A stretch of DNA of 64,000 bases from a virus: positions 53,907 through 117,906 of the IMG/VR virus record IMGVR_UViG_3300045988_057044, one strand, 5' to 3'. This document shows positions 8,941 through 18,061 of this stretch, in pieces. Both the position numbers and the translations under genes were made by a program. The notes beneath the pieces were generated by a model that saw only the letters and a list, made by a program, of their open reading frames with translations, was not told the DNA's origin and searched no databases. How positions within the stretch are numbered: position 1 is the stretch's first letter; each line of letters starts with the position of its first letter.

Positions 8941-10304
8941 GCTTCGTCTTCAATATTAGTTTCACCTTTGTCAAGTTCCTTTCCTTCCTTATCTAGGAAT
9001 TTAAAACATTTAAGCTTAAATGCCTCAGATTTCATATTCTCAATCTTAATAACTATTCCCTCATGAGGTACTTTGTTATCGCAAGATGGCGAAGTTCGCT
9101 CCATATAGAATCTAGCGTCGTTAGCTAATTTCTCCATGAAATTTTCGTTCCAGTGCTCAGCTTCGTTAAGTTCTGGATATAAGCTATTGGCAGTACCATA
9201 ATACCACTCTTCTACTGGGATAAGACCTACCTTAGCGCACCATTGTTGAACTTCCCTAGCACTAAATTCGTGAACTACACCGTCAACATTAGTTAATGTT
9301 ACACGATATATTCGCACTTTAAAGTGCTTTTCGTGAGTATACTGTTCTCCTTCTTTAGGAGGTATACAGCCATAGTCATAATTCTTTTGGATATAGCCAC
9401 CATTAGGTAAGAAACCAACGATTTCATAATATGCAGTCATACCTTTAGACAAGCAAGGTTTAACTATTTTATCAGCTTCCGCCCAAACGTCACACCCGTA
9501 GAATCCAGGAGTAACATTCTTATTATAGAACTGATTCTTTATTACCGTTCTAGAAGCATACAAATAGTCATACTTATTGAACTCTTCTCCAGTAAGCCAT
9601 TTAGCGATTTTCTGTTTCCAGTTCAGGTCTTGTTTACAAAGCACATAAGCTGATATACCAGAAGTTCCGTGAATTTTCTCAGTAATACTGATTAAATCAT
9701 TTGGATGAATTACATTAGGACATTTCTTAATAAGAGTTGTGTCGTAGTGGAATCTAAATTGTTCATCAATGACCTTGCTGATTCCTTTGACCTTCTTCGT
9801 TTGGTTGTTACGTGGTGTACCACCTTGTCCTTGCTGTCTCTTAGGGATGTACTTCTTGTTAATCCAAAATTCTTTGCCTTCATGTTCTACAATATCAAAT
9901 TCAGTTCCTACTTCAATTTCTATCTCTTTATTAGTTACGGACATTATATAGTTTTGGAACTGTATAATGGGCATAATAAAACCTTCCGACAGTTCATTTT
10001 TAAGTCTAATAGCTTTGACCCTACCATTGTCTTCAAACATACCAGTTTGTTCTGGGTCGTTGTTCAACTCCTTATGTCTGTACAAGTTGCAATACCTTAG
10101 AAAATCAGGATTAATGCAACAAGCAGTTGGGAAATAAACATACAATCCTGGCTGGGAATCAATACCAGTAATAATGTTAAATCCATCGATGGTGCAACAC
10201 TTAAGTCTAGTTACTTCTGGGTTACTGTGTTGTCTAAAATTCTTAATTTCTACAATCTTTGCCAAATAATTGACATTGGCTTTCTTACTTTTTGATAACT
10301 TCAT
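8937..10304 (-). CDS. RNA ligase (Rnl2-like nucleotidyltransferase)
   Basis: Motif I EKIHGTSG (KxHGxx ligase lysine) and C-terminal motif IV/V HEGIVIKIE; sits beside a metallophosphoesterase gene. Confidence 0.65.
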   Translation of the reverse strand: MKLSKSKKANVNYLAKIVEIKNFRQHSNPEVTRLKCCTIDGFNIITGIDSQPGLYVYFPTACCINPDFLRYCNLYRHKELNNDPEQTGMFEDNGRVKAIRLKNELSEGFIMPIIQFQNYIMSVTNKEIEIEVGTEFDIVEHEGKEFWINKKYIPKRQQGQGGTPRNNQTKKVKGISKVIDEQFRFHYDTTLIKKCPNVIHPNDLISITEKIHGTSGISAYVLCKQDLNWKQKIAKWLTGEEFNKYDYLYASRTVIKNQFYNKNVTPGFYGCDVWAEADKIVKPCLSKGMTAYYEIVGFLPNGGYIQKNYDYGCIPPKEGEQYTHEKHFKVRIYRVTLTNVDGVVHEFSAREVQQWCAKVGLIPVEEWYYGTANSLYPELNEAEHWNENFMEKLANDARFYMERTSPSCDNKVPHEGIVIKIENMKSEAFKLKCFKFLDKEGKELDKGETNIEDEA

Positions 10305-10315
10305 TTCTTATATTT

Positions 10316-10642
10316 TTAAAATGGTTCTTCAGTAGTTTCTATAAATTCACACATAAAGTTAGCATATACTTGAGCCTGAATCTCATTAAATTCATTATTG
10401 TAATAGAACTGGAAAACATGAAACAGCTCATGATAAAATGTATTCCTAAGCTGTTCATCACTCATAGAGACGTTTCCTTCATATTCAGACTTTACTGTTC
10501 TCGCCAATTTAATAGTGTTAGTAGCATCACAAAAATAACCGTAATCGTTATTTGGAAGAGAATCTTCTATGATTACGGTTATTTCTTGATTAGCTATTTT
10601 AAACTTGTCTGGGAGCTTTCCTCCATTATTCAATTTCATCAT
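10316..10642 (-). CDS. small putative zinc metallopeptidase-like protein (HExxH)
   Basis: FYHELFHVFQFYYNNEFNE contains HExxH plus a downstream Glu. Confidence 0.35.
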   Translation of the reverse strand: MMKLNNGGKLPDKFKIANQEITVIIEDSLPNNDYGYFCDATNTIKLARTVKSEYEGNVSMSDEQLRNTFYHELFHVFQFYYNNEFNEIQAQVYANFMCEFIETTEEPF

Positions 10643-10859
10643 AATACAGTTTGTACAGACTATTTAAATAATCCACAAACTCCTGTTTGTTTTCAAAAAG
10701 ATTATCTACATCAGGAAGCTCTACCTTATTCTTTCTTCCATCGTTGTCATAATATTCTATACGTATCTGAGATACGCTATGGCACATGATATCACACATT
10801 CCAGCGAATATCATTTTCAGATAGATACTCCGACAACCAAGGAAAATCTTTGTTTTCAT
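10626..10859 (-). CDS. hypothetical protein (77 aa)
   Basis: ORF track. Confidence 0.3.
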   Translation of the reverse strand: MKTKIFLGCRSIYLKMIFAGMCDIMCHSVSQIRIEYYDNDGRKNKVELPDVDNLFENKQEFVDYLNSLYKLYYDEIE

Positions 10860-11109
10860 CTACATGGTGCCCATATCCTGCAGAGTTCCATCCTTTCTCA
10901 GAAAATCTTCCGGAATACTTACTAACATATGATAAAACCAATAGGAGAAGTTCGTCTTCTTCAAACGATTCTTTATCAAATTCAATAGTATCTCTCATGT
11001 AATCACCATCGTTTGCGTCACATTCTACATAAACTACATACAGCTCTCTATTATTCGGAACGATAGAATATTTAGCTTTCTTTAGAATATCAAATTTTTC
11101 GTATTTCAT
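10792..11109 (-). CDS. hypothetical protein (105 aa)
   Basis: ORF track. Confidence 0.4.
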   Translation of the reverse strand: MKYEKFDILKKAKYSIVPNNRELYVVYVECDANDGDYMRDTIEFDKESFEEDELLLLVLSYVSKYSGRFSEKGWNSAGYGHHVDENKDFPWLSEYLSENDIRWNV

Positions 11110-11330
11110 CGCGTATCAAGTACAATAAAATTATCACACATTTTTATAACATTTACTTTAAGCCCTCCTTTCAAGGCGCGAGTATCGCACACTTCATATT
11201 TCTCTTCAAGAAGGGCTGCATTCTCTTTGGTTATCTTTACCCAATAAACCCCGTTTTTCTGCTTAGAGCCATTCCAGATTAGATGATTAACTAGCCAAAT
11301 ATAGCGTTTTTCTACATCACTCATTTTCAA
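11106..11330 (-). CDS. hypothetical protein (74 aa)
   Basis: ORF track. Confidence 0.35.
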   Translation of the reverse strand: MKMSDVEKRYIWLVNHLIWNGSKQKNGVYWVKITKENAALLEEKYEVCDTRALKGGLKVNVIKMCDNFIVLDTR

Positions 11331-11520
11331 AGAAGTTTTTCAATGTCTCATATAGCGGCCTAAGCTCATCTGCATAATACTCCAACTCTATACCTTCTAT
11401 GTACGAGGCTGTATGATACACAAAATTTTCCGTATCCTGTTCCAGATAATTCCACATATCTTCGATGTCAGACTGCATTAGTTCAACGCTGTCATCGTCT
11501 AATCGAATACTTAAATACAT
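11317..11520 (-). CDS. hypothetical acidic protein (67 aa)
   Basis: ORF track. Confidence 0.35.
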   Translation of the reverse strand: MYLSIRLDDDSVELMQSDIEDMWNYLEQDTENFVYHTASYIEGIELEYYADELRPLYETLKNFFENE

Positions 11521-11522
11521 AA

Positions 11523-12161
11523 TTAATAATTTATTATAGAATTATAGATTTTATCTGCTTCTTCCTTAAACTTAGCAACTATATCATTAGAATTAGAGAA
11601 CTCCTCAAACCATATACGTCCATATGGTAATTCACTAACAGCCATAGAAGCAACTTCTGTTCCATCTATCCAGTTCTTGAAATACACACTACCTATCTCT
11701 ATACCTTTATAAGTAATACGTCTAAGCTTAGATATTTCGGATATACCCTTAGATTCCTTATATAATACTTGTAAGTCACTCCTATCCTGTTCAGAAGCTT
11801 CACTGAGCTTTCCTATTTTACTTAGAATAGCTGATATTTTGTTTTCTGCCACAGCATCTTTGTAGTATCTTACCATATACGCATTTTCAAATCTAGGAGC
11901 CTCCTCTACATTCTGTATAGGTATTTCTGAGTTTTCTATAAAAACATCGTCTAGGTAAGATAGATAAACATTACAAAGCAGTTTAGAATCCTCGATTTCT
12001 GAAGGACAAAGAAAAACATAAGCTTTAGTCTCACCTTCTTCAATCTTGTGAGATATATTCATAAAGCCTATCTCATAGATACGGCATTCGTCGGGAACTT
12101 CTAACTCTAGGTTAGAAAAGTTCCCATCGTAGTAATATTGCCTATACTTAATCTTCTTCAT
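11523..12161 (-). CDS. hypothetical protein (212 aa)
   Basis: ORF track. Confidence 0.45.
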   Translation of the reverse strand: MKKIKYRQYYYDGNFSNLELEVPDECRIYEIGFMNISHKIEEGETKAYVFLCPSEIEDSKLLCNVYLSYLDDVFIENSEIPIQNVEEAPRFENAYMVRYYKDAVAENKISAILSKIGKLSEASEQDRSDLQVLYKESKGISEISKLRRITYKGIEIGSVYFKNWIDGTEVASMAVSELPYGRIWFEEFSNSNDIVAKFKEEADKIYNSIINY

Positions 12162-12348
12162 AAAAATTGATTTTAAAAGTATTTCCAGCTATATAGTATT
12201 TGCCTTGATGATAGCAGTTGTCCCACTTATCATGTACTTCTGACTCTAGAGACTTTGGAAGATACAGCTCGTGTGATTGCCCGAATCTATTTGAGCTGTT
12301 GCCAACTATATTAGCGATAACTAAAATAATTATATCTTCAGCGCTCAT
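12148..12348 (-). CDS. hypothetical protein (66 aa)
   Basis: ORF track. Confidence 0.3.
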   Translation of the reverse strand: MSAEDIIILVIANIVGNSSNRFGQSHELYLPKSLESEVHDKWDNCYHQGKYYIAGNTFKINFYEED

Positions 12349-12583
12349 TCTTTAATCGCCTCCATTCTTCCAAAAATCCTTTTGGGTAACGCCAGTCTGA
12401 TTCGCAAGTGTATACTCTAGAGAACTTGATATGCTTGCGAAGTGTACCACACAATGTATCGTTAACTTCATCAAATAACTCATCTTCGTCCTCACAGTAT
12501 AGATAGTCACTAGGCTGCAGTTCGAATACTCCTTCACTAAGACCAGATATAACAAGCGACACATCAAATTTGTACTTACTCAT
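12338..12583 (-). CDS. hypothetical protein (81 aa)
   Basis: ORF track. Confidence 0.35.
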   Translation of the reverse strand: MSKYKFDVSLVISGLSEGVFELQPSDYLYCEDEDELFDEVNDTLCGTLRKHIKFSRVYTCESDWRYPKGFLEEWRRLKNER

Positions 12584-13775
12584 AATCGCGAATACATTTT
12601 AGTACAGGTTGCAATGGAGTACCTTCATCAGATAGATAGAAGTACTTAACAGTAGCCATCTTTCCTATCAGCTCCTTAAGTCTTTCCCTATATTGCTGTT
12701 TAAGTTCTCTAGAACCCATTGGTTTAGCTTTAAATTCTATACCATCTTCTGTTATTAGCGTAAAACACATATCTTCTTCCCGAAGACCTTCTGATAAACC
12801 AGTAATTTCAAACTCTGCATCTTTGTAGAATTTAAATTTTAGCATATCATTAGTACGCTTGCCGAAGCCATACTCTTTATCTGGATTTCTACATACTACT
12901 CCTTCCCAACCTTCTGAAACATATTGGTTGTGCAGTTTCATAATATTCTCGTACCCAGAGACCTTTTCCTGCGGGACTATTTGCAATTGTAACTCACCCT
13001 CTTCCCAATCTTTATCTGGATTAAATCCAAGATTAAGTTCTTTCTGAAGCTGCTTAAGAATTTCAAGCCTATCAGAGAACTTCATACTAGGAATCATTAT
13101 ATCGTAAACATAATATTCAAGCCAGTCGCAGTCAACTGCGTTTTTCTCAAGACGAGCTGCTCCACTGATTTGTTGGAGACTTTTACCATGTCTATACAAC
13201 TCTCCATCAAGAATGTAAGTGGGATGATTCCTGAAGAACTCAAGCAATCTCTCATTGTTTCGGATATGGCTTGTTGAATAGTCATAATTTCCCCCACCTC
13301 TGGAAGCAGATAGAATCTCACCGTCCTTATAGTAGAAGGAACACCTAACTCCATCAATTTTTCTGCTAGCATACCAATACTTAACCTTATTGATTGAGGA
13401 TTCCTTAACTTTATCTGCAGATTTTGCAAGCATGTGCTTTGCAAATCCATTCTGGTCGGTTTTAATGTCTCCATAAAATTCTTCCAATTGAGTTTCGCTA
13501 TAAGTTTCGGGATCGTTCTCTAGCTCCTTGTAACCCTTATCTAAATATTTCTTAAGCTCAGACTTAAACTGCAACTCAAGTTGTTCTCTATGCGTTCTAC
13601 CAGCTTTTCCTTTAGTAATGACTATTTCTGGTTGCTCTGTCATCTTTCCATGTAGCTGTCCTGTAACTCTATTAATTACAAATCCAGCTTTTTCTTCATC
13701 CCACTGCTCTGTAGTAGATAAATATACAACTCTAAATTTGCCAGTTGAGGCTTTGCTTAACAAATATTTAATCAT
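12576..13775 (-). CDS. ATP-dependent DNA ligase
   Basis: Motif I YASRKIDGVRC (KxDGxR adenylation lysine), motif IV EGWEGVVCRNPD; size similar to T7-type ligases. Confidence 0.8.
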   Translation of the reverse strand: MIKYLLSKASTGKFRVVYLSTTEQWDEEKAGFVINRVTGQLHGKMTEQPEIVITKGKAGRTHREQLELQFKSELKKYLDKGYKELENDPETYSETQLEEFYGDIKTDQNGFAKHMLAKSADKVKESSINKVKYWYASRKIDGVRCSFYYKDGEILSASRGGGNYDYSTSHIRNNERLLEFFRNHPTYILDGELYRHGKSLQQISGAARLEKNAVDCDWLEYYVYDIMIPSMKFSDRLEILKQLQKELNLGFNPDKDWEEGELQLQIVPQEKVSGYENIMKLHNQYVSEGWEGVVCRNPDKEYGFGKRTNDMLKFKFYKDAEFEITGLSEGLREEDMCFTLITEDGIEFKAKPMGSRELKQQYRERLKELIGKMATVKYFYLSDEGTPLQPVLKCIRDYE

Positions 13776-13998
13776 GAATAGTTACATTGAGGTTATCATA
13801 GATAATATCTTCAATATCACTAAGAGTTCCGTAGTAGGCATTTTTTATTGCTTGTAATAATCTTTCATCAGAACAAGCCTCCTCCTCTTGCAGTTCGAGA
13901 AACTCTAGCAGATCATCTTCATGTAAATCTTCCCCTAATACAATATTTTTGTGTACTGTAATAGTGACTACTTTCTTTTTAAGTTCTTCTAGTGTCAT
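13768..13998 (-). CDS. hypothetical protein (76 aa)
   Basis: ORF track. Confidence 0.35.
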   Translation of the reverse strand: MTLEELKKKVVTITVHKNIVLGEDLHEDDLLEFLELQEEEACSDERLLQAIKNAYYGTLSDIEDIIYDNLNVTIHD

Positions 13999-14363
13999 TT
14001 CTGGTAGTCCTTAACTAAGTTCCACAAATCATCAATCGTATCAGTAGGAATTATATTTCCGTCTTCATCATAAGCTTCATTAGGAAGACTATTTTTGAAT
14101 AATCCAGGCTTCTCAAACAACCACCAATTAACCCAGTCCACTCCTTCATCAGAGAACAATTCCGGAAGTACCGTATTTAAGAATCCCCAACCTAGTTCGG
14201 ATATAGGAAGTTCAAATAAATCAATTCCAAAATCAGACCATCTATCCAATTCCTTAGAATAGTTCTGAGCATTTTCAATAAGCTTTACAAATCCTTCTTT
14301 AGTCATAGTAGTAATTATTTTAATATTCTTTTTGTAATATCTGTCTTCCAACCGCAATCGCAC
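13995..14363 (-). CDS. hypothetical protein (122 aa)
   Basis: ORF track. Confidence 0.4.
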   Translation of the reverse strand: MRLRLEDRYYKKNIKIITTMTKEGFVKLIENAQNYSKELDRWSDFGIDLFELPISELGWGFLNTVLPELFSDEGVDWVNWWLFEKPGLFKNSLPNEAYDEDGNIIPTDTIDDLWNLVKDYQK

Positions 14364-14635
14364 TCCTCGGCTGCTATCTTAAATGATTCCTCTAGGTCTC
14401 CACTTTCCATATACTCTGTAATTAATATATCAGTGTCTACATCGTATTTATCAACAATTCTTTCAGTGACTATTTTAACTGCAACACCTTCGAGTTCGTC
14501 ATAGATAACATCTTCCAACTTACTCATTAATTCATCCCATTCATCACTTAGTTTAGCTGTGGTAGACTTGCTGTCTTCTTCTCTCATAGCTTCTTCGAGT
14601 TCTAATATTTTAGACCTCAATTCCTCTTTAGTCAT
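14315..14635 (-). CDS. hypothetical acidic protein (106 aa)
   Basis: ORF track. Confidence 0.4.
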   Translation of the reverse strand: MTKEELRSKILELEEAMREEDSKSTTAKLSDEWDELMSKLEDVIYDELEGVAVKIVTERIVDKYDVDTDILITEYMESGDLEESFKIAAEECDCGWKTDITKRILK

Positions 14636-14877
14636 GGTACTTTTAATACATTTTTAACAACAATTTCCTTTTTCATCTTACCAAATTGCTTCTCGATTTC
14701 TTCTGGAATATTCACTCGTATATCCATTAGAGAAGTTAGATACTTGACTTTGTCTCTTGTATCATCAATAAAGTGATAATTAGTTTTGATTTGATTACTA
14801 ATGTCCTCAACTCTCCGCATGAGACAAAGTATTAGGGCTAAATTACATAACCCCAATACCATTAATATCCATATCAT
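14632..14877 (-). CDS. hypothetical membrane protein (81 aa)
   Basis: N-terminal hydrophobic helix [19 protein letters not shown]. Confidence 0.35.
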   Translation of the reverse strand: MIWILMVLGLCNLALILCLMRRVEDISNQIKTNYHFIDDTRDKVKYLTSLMDIRVNIPEEIEKQFGKMKKEIVVKNVLKVP

Positions 14878-15455
14878 ACTCCAGTATGTCCAAATCCTCC
14901 TTCTCCTCGTTCAGTAGAAGGTAATTCTTCAACAACTTCCCATTCTATAGTTTCATGCTTAGCAATGACTACTTGGGCAATTCTTTCTCCATCAGTAATT
15001 CTAACTGGGACATTGGAAGTGTTCACTAATACAACTCCAATCTCTCCTCTGTAGTCAGCGTCAATGGTTCCAGGTGAATTAAGGACAGTAAGTCCCAATT
15101 TTAGTGCAAGACCGCTTCGTGGTCGAACTTGCGCCTCATAACCCTTAGGTAAAGCTATAAACAATCCAGTCGGAATCAAACATCTACCTCCTGGCTTTAT
15201 TTCAATAGTAGAAGCAACGGGAATACTGGGAACTCTTCTATCAGTAGGATTTCCTTCCTTGTCTATCACAAATGGACCATTTGGATCTTCAATTTTACTA
15301 ATAGCTACAACATCAGCATCGAAAAAGAATTTCTCAGGCTTATTGTCTACTAACTTAATTCTACTAAAGTCTCCTCTAATATCCATACCTGCTGATAAGG
15401 GAGTTTCATACTGAGGAAGTTGATGTCTTGATTTATTAATTATGAGTACTTTCAT
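14874..15455 (-). CDS. dut: dUTP diphosphatase (dUTPase)
   Basis: dUTPase motifs [41 protein letters not shown]. Confidence 0.85.
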   Translation of the reverse strand: MKVLIINKSRHQLPQYETPLSAGMDIRGDFSRIKLVDNKPEKFFFDADVVAISKIEDPNGPFVIDKEGNPTDRRVPSIPVASTIEIKPGGRCLIPTGLFIALPKGYEAQVRPRSGLALKLGLTVLNSPGTIDADYRGEIGVVLVNTSNVPVRITDGERIAQVVIAKHETIEWEVVEELPSTERGEGGFGHTGV

Positions 15456-15990
15456 GTAATAAAATAAATTCAGTTAAATAAAATCTTGCATCTATAACAC
15501 ATTTAGGAACTAGTCCTTCTAGGCTTAAATTAGATCTTAGGGCATCTCTTACAACAGTAGCCGATATACCTTCTTCTACCTGTTCTCTTGCCATGAGAGT
15601 CATTGATATATAACCCTTTAGCATAAACTTTGGAAACCATGTTGTAATAATTTCGTATCCATCGCTATAGTAGATATTAAAATGGGACTCTTTTATAATA
15701 CTAACTATGTTAGCATATAAATAGAATCCCCAATCCTGAGAGTTATCAGACTCATCAGTCAAATCATTAAGAGGCTGAATGATACATCTACTAAGTAAAC
15801 CTTCGTCCTCTAAGGCAGTTTCTAGTAATTTTATCCTAACCTTTATAGGAATAGGATTACGCTTGTTTACTTTATCAGCACTACCAACTAACAAAAGAAC
15901 CTTATCGTTCTCTGAACAAGCTTTTTTAATTAAAGCTAGGTGCCCATTGTGAATGGGCTGAAACCTAGCTAAAATAACTCCATATTTCAT
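15436..15990 (-). CDS. nicotinamide/nicotinate mononucleotide adenylyltransferase-like cytidylyltransferase
   Basis: N-terminal [21 protein letters not shown] = (H/T)xGH nucleotidyltransferase motif of the NMNAT/NadM/NadR family. Confidence 0.65.
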   Translation of the reverse strand: MKYGVILARFQPIHNGHLALIKKACSENDKVLLLVGSADKVNKRNPIPIKVRIKLLETALEDEGLLSRCIIQPLNDLTDESDNSQDWGFYLYANIVSIIKESHFNIYYSDGYEIITTWFPKFMLKGYISMTLMAREQVEEGISATVVRDALRSNLSLEGLVPKCVIDARFYLTEFILLHESTHN

Positions 15991-16292
15991 TTCTGATCTT
16001 TTGGTTTTATCTCTGTTGTTTTAATTATTTCCCTAAAGTCGAGCAATTTCCAGTTCTGCCTCTTATACTTCTTATGGTCTTGTGAAAAATCTTTTAAATC
16101 AGATTTGTTACAGAACAAAGCAAAGGCATAATCAACAATAATCTCAGAAATCTTTTCATAATTCTGTTCCTTGTTTGTAGTCAGGTTGAGGATTACATCA
16201 TCAATCTCTAAGTCTGGACAATTATACTTAGCTGGAATATAATTTTTGTCGTTGTAATATACACAAACGATGTTAGTAAATTTTCTTATCAT
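15987..16292 (-). CDS. hypothetical protein (101 aa)
   Basis: ORF track. Confidence 0.35.
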   Translation of the reverse strand: MIRKFTNIVCVYYNDKNYIPAKYNCPDLEIDDVILNLTTNKEQNYEKISEIIVDYAFALFCNKSDLKDFSQDHKKYKRQNWKLLDFREIIKTTEIKPKDQK

Positions 16293-16630
16293 ACACTTAA
16301 TTCGTAGAGTCTTATTGGAGTAAATTCAAATATAAACCACTCTCCATCTGCATCCTGGAACATACTAGAGTCCCAATCTATCATGGTAATTCTCTGTATT
16401 ATCTTAGTCGGCTCACTATCAATAATTAGAGGAAGCTCAACCTTAAACGCTCCAGTTATCCCTTCGTACACTTTACCAGCGCCTGACCTATGACTAACTT
16501 TAATCATTCCGTGCTTGGAGTGCAAGAGATTTTCTTCTTCTTCAGTAAAGTCCTTGAAGATATTCTCTTCAAGTCCTTTTATCAGAAGTTTCTTCCTTTC
16601 AATAATATCTTTAACCTTCAATTCTACCAT
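16289..16630 (-). CDS. hypothetical protein (113 aa)
   Basis: ORF track. Confidence 0.4.
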   Translation of the reverse strand: MVELKVKDIIERKKLLIKGLEENIFKDFTEEEENLLHSKHGMIKVSHRSGAGKVYEGITGAFKVELPLIIDSEPTKIIQRITMIDWDSSMFQDADGEWFIFEFTPIRLYELSV

Positions 16631-16916
16631 ACACTACAGGATTATTTAATGCTTTCATTATCTCTTCTATGGTACAAGTATTAGCTTCACTGTAGAATGC
16701 CATTACTGGAGCTGCATCATTATCAATTAATACAGCAAATGGAGTATGTCTAGCGCTAAAACCTCCCTTAAGCTTGAAGGCGTTTTTACGTTCCTTAAAC
16801 AAGCCTTCATGGTAAGTTTGTAATTCTACTAAAGGATATTTAGAAAGAACCTTTTTTAATTCGTCAACCAGATGTTGACTGTTATCATCATATGCAACCT
16901 TAAGAATCATTTCCAA
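16611..16916 (-). CDS. hypothetical protein (101 aa) adjacent to nrdG
   Basis: ORF track. Confidence 0.4.
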   Translation of the reverse strand: MEMILKVAYDDNSQHLVDELKKVLSKYPLVELQTYHEGLFKERKNAFKLKGGFSARHTPFAVLIDNDAAPVMAFYSEANTCTIEEIMKALNNPVVYGRIEG

Positions 16917-17410
16917 AAACGTGATGTTATGTCTTTAACTATGGGTTTTCCACAGCTATTATCTATATGAAGCATAACTTGATTAGTTGTCTTACTATTT
17001 AAAGGTCCGTTTTCTTCAATATATGGACCTAGCTTGATATAATCGAAATGCTTCATATTCACGTGCTCAGATAGTTCTTGTCTACCTGAGTACCATGCCA
17101 CTTTTAAATTCGGATAATAATCTTTAACAAAACTAGCTAACACATTTACTAGGTGAGGATCAGAATCCCCTCCCATAAATGCTATACACGAAATACCATC
17201 TGTAATTAGTTCGTCTAGATGAATAATGTAATCATCGGAGAACCCCTGCGGATATTCAATTAATGGTTTACCTATATCTTCGGCTAGGTATTGACTATGA
17301 CATCCTTTACAATGACAAGGACAGTTAGATATATTTATAGCTAATGTAATCTCATCCGGAATTTCCTGAAAGACTACTCTGGCATCAACATATTTAAGCA
17401 TACTCCTCAA
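16907..17410 (-). CDS. nrdG: anaerobic ribonucleotide reductase activating protein (radical SAM)
   Basis: Cys cluster NCPCHCKGC (Cx3Cx2C), size ~167 aa, immediately downstream of nrdD. Confidence 0.7.
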   Translation of the reverse strand: MRSMLKYVDARVVFQEIPDEITLAINISNCPCHCKGCHSQYLAEDIGKPLIEYPQGFSDDYIIHLDELITDGISCIAFMGGDSDPHLVNVLASFVKDYYPNLKVAWYSGRQELSEHVNMKHFDYIKLGPYIEENGPLNSKTTNQVMLHIDNSCGKPIVKDITSRFWK

Positions 17411-18059
17411 TCTTTTTAGTTTCTGTATCTAATATAAAAGGTCTTCTTACATCTAAGCAAGCAAACTTGTCAGTAATAATGGGTTCTGATTCCAATTGAG
17501 TATGTCCAAATATTTGATAATATGTAGACTCTCTATCTCCTTCTCTGACATCGCTCCATACCATACCGCCTGTATTAGACCATCCTCCTCTCATACGAGA
17601 TACTTCCCATAGGAAGCCAACTAGAAAGTCCTCAGGCTTAGTAATTAGGTCAGTAATAGTAAAATCCATACTCTTTAACCAATCATTAGTAACTCCAGCA
17701 TGAGTATATAGAATACCTTCCGAGAAGTATTTGAGTTGGAATAGAGACTTGAAATTCTCAAACATTTCCTTAATTAGCTCTGCATTAGCGTAATCATACC
17801 TAGAAGCACTTCCGAAATCATAGCAATAAGCACAGTCGTGATTTCCAAGGAGTAGTATTACCTTATCGGGATTATCAACCTTGAATTGGATAATCTCTTT
17901 AAACTCCTCTATAGCATTCTCTCTAGTAATACCTTCATAACCATATGGGTCGAGGTAGTCCCCTAAAAAGACTACCTTATCCACACTATTAATCTTCTCT
18001 TTTGCTTTTCTCCAGAATGGTCTTCCGTGAACATCTGGAATAATTAAAATTTTACTCAT
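17394..18059 (-). CDS. Ser/Thr-phosphatase-like metallophosphoesterase
   Basis: Motifs IIPDVHGRP, GDYLDPYGY, GNHD. Confidence 0.7.
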   Translation of the reverse strand: MSKILIIPDVHGRPFWRKAKEKINSVDKVVFLGDYLDPYGYEGITRENAIEEFKEIIQFKVDNPDKVILLLGNHDCAYCYDFGSASRYDYANAELIKEMFENFKSLFQLKYFSEGILYTHAGVTNDWLKSMDFTITDLITKPEDFLVGFLWEVSRMRGGWSNTGGMVWSDVREGDRESTYYQIFGHTQLESEPIITDKFACLDVRRPFILDTETKKIEEYA

Positions 18060-18061
18060 TT

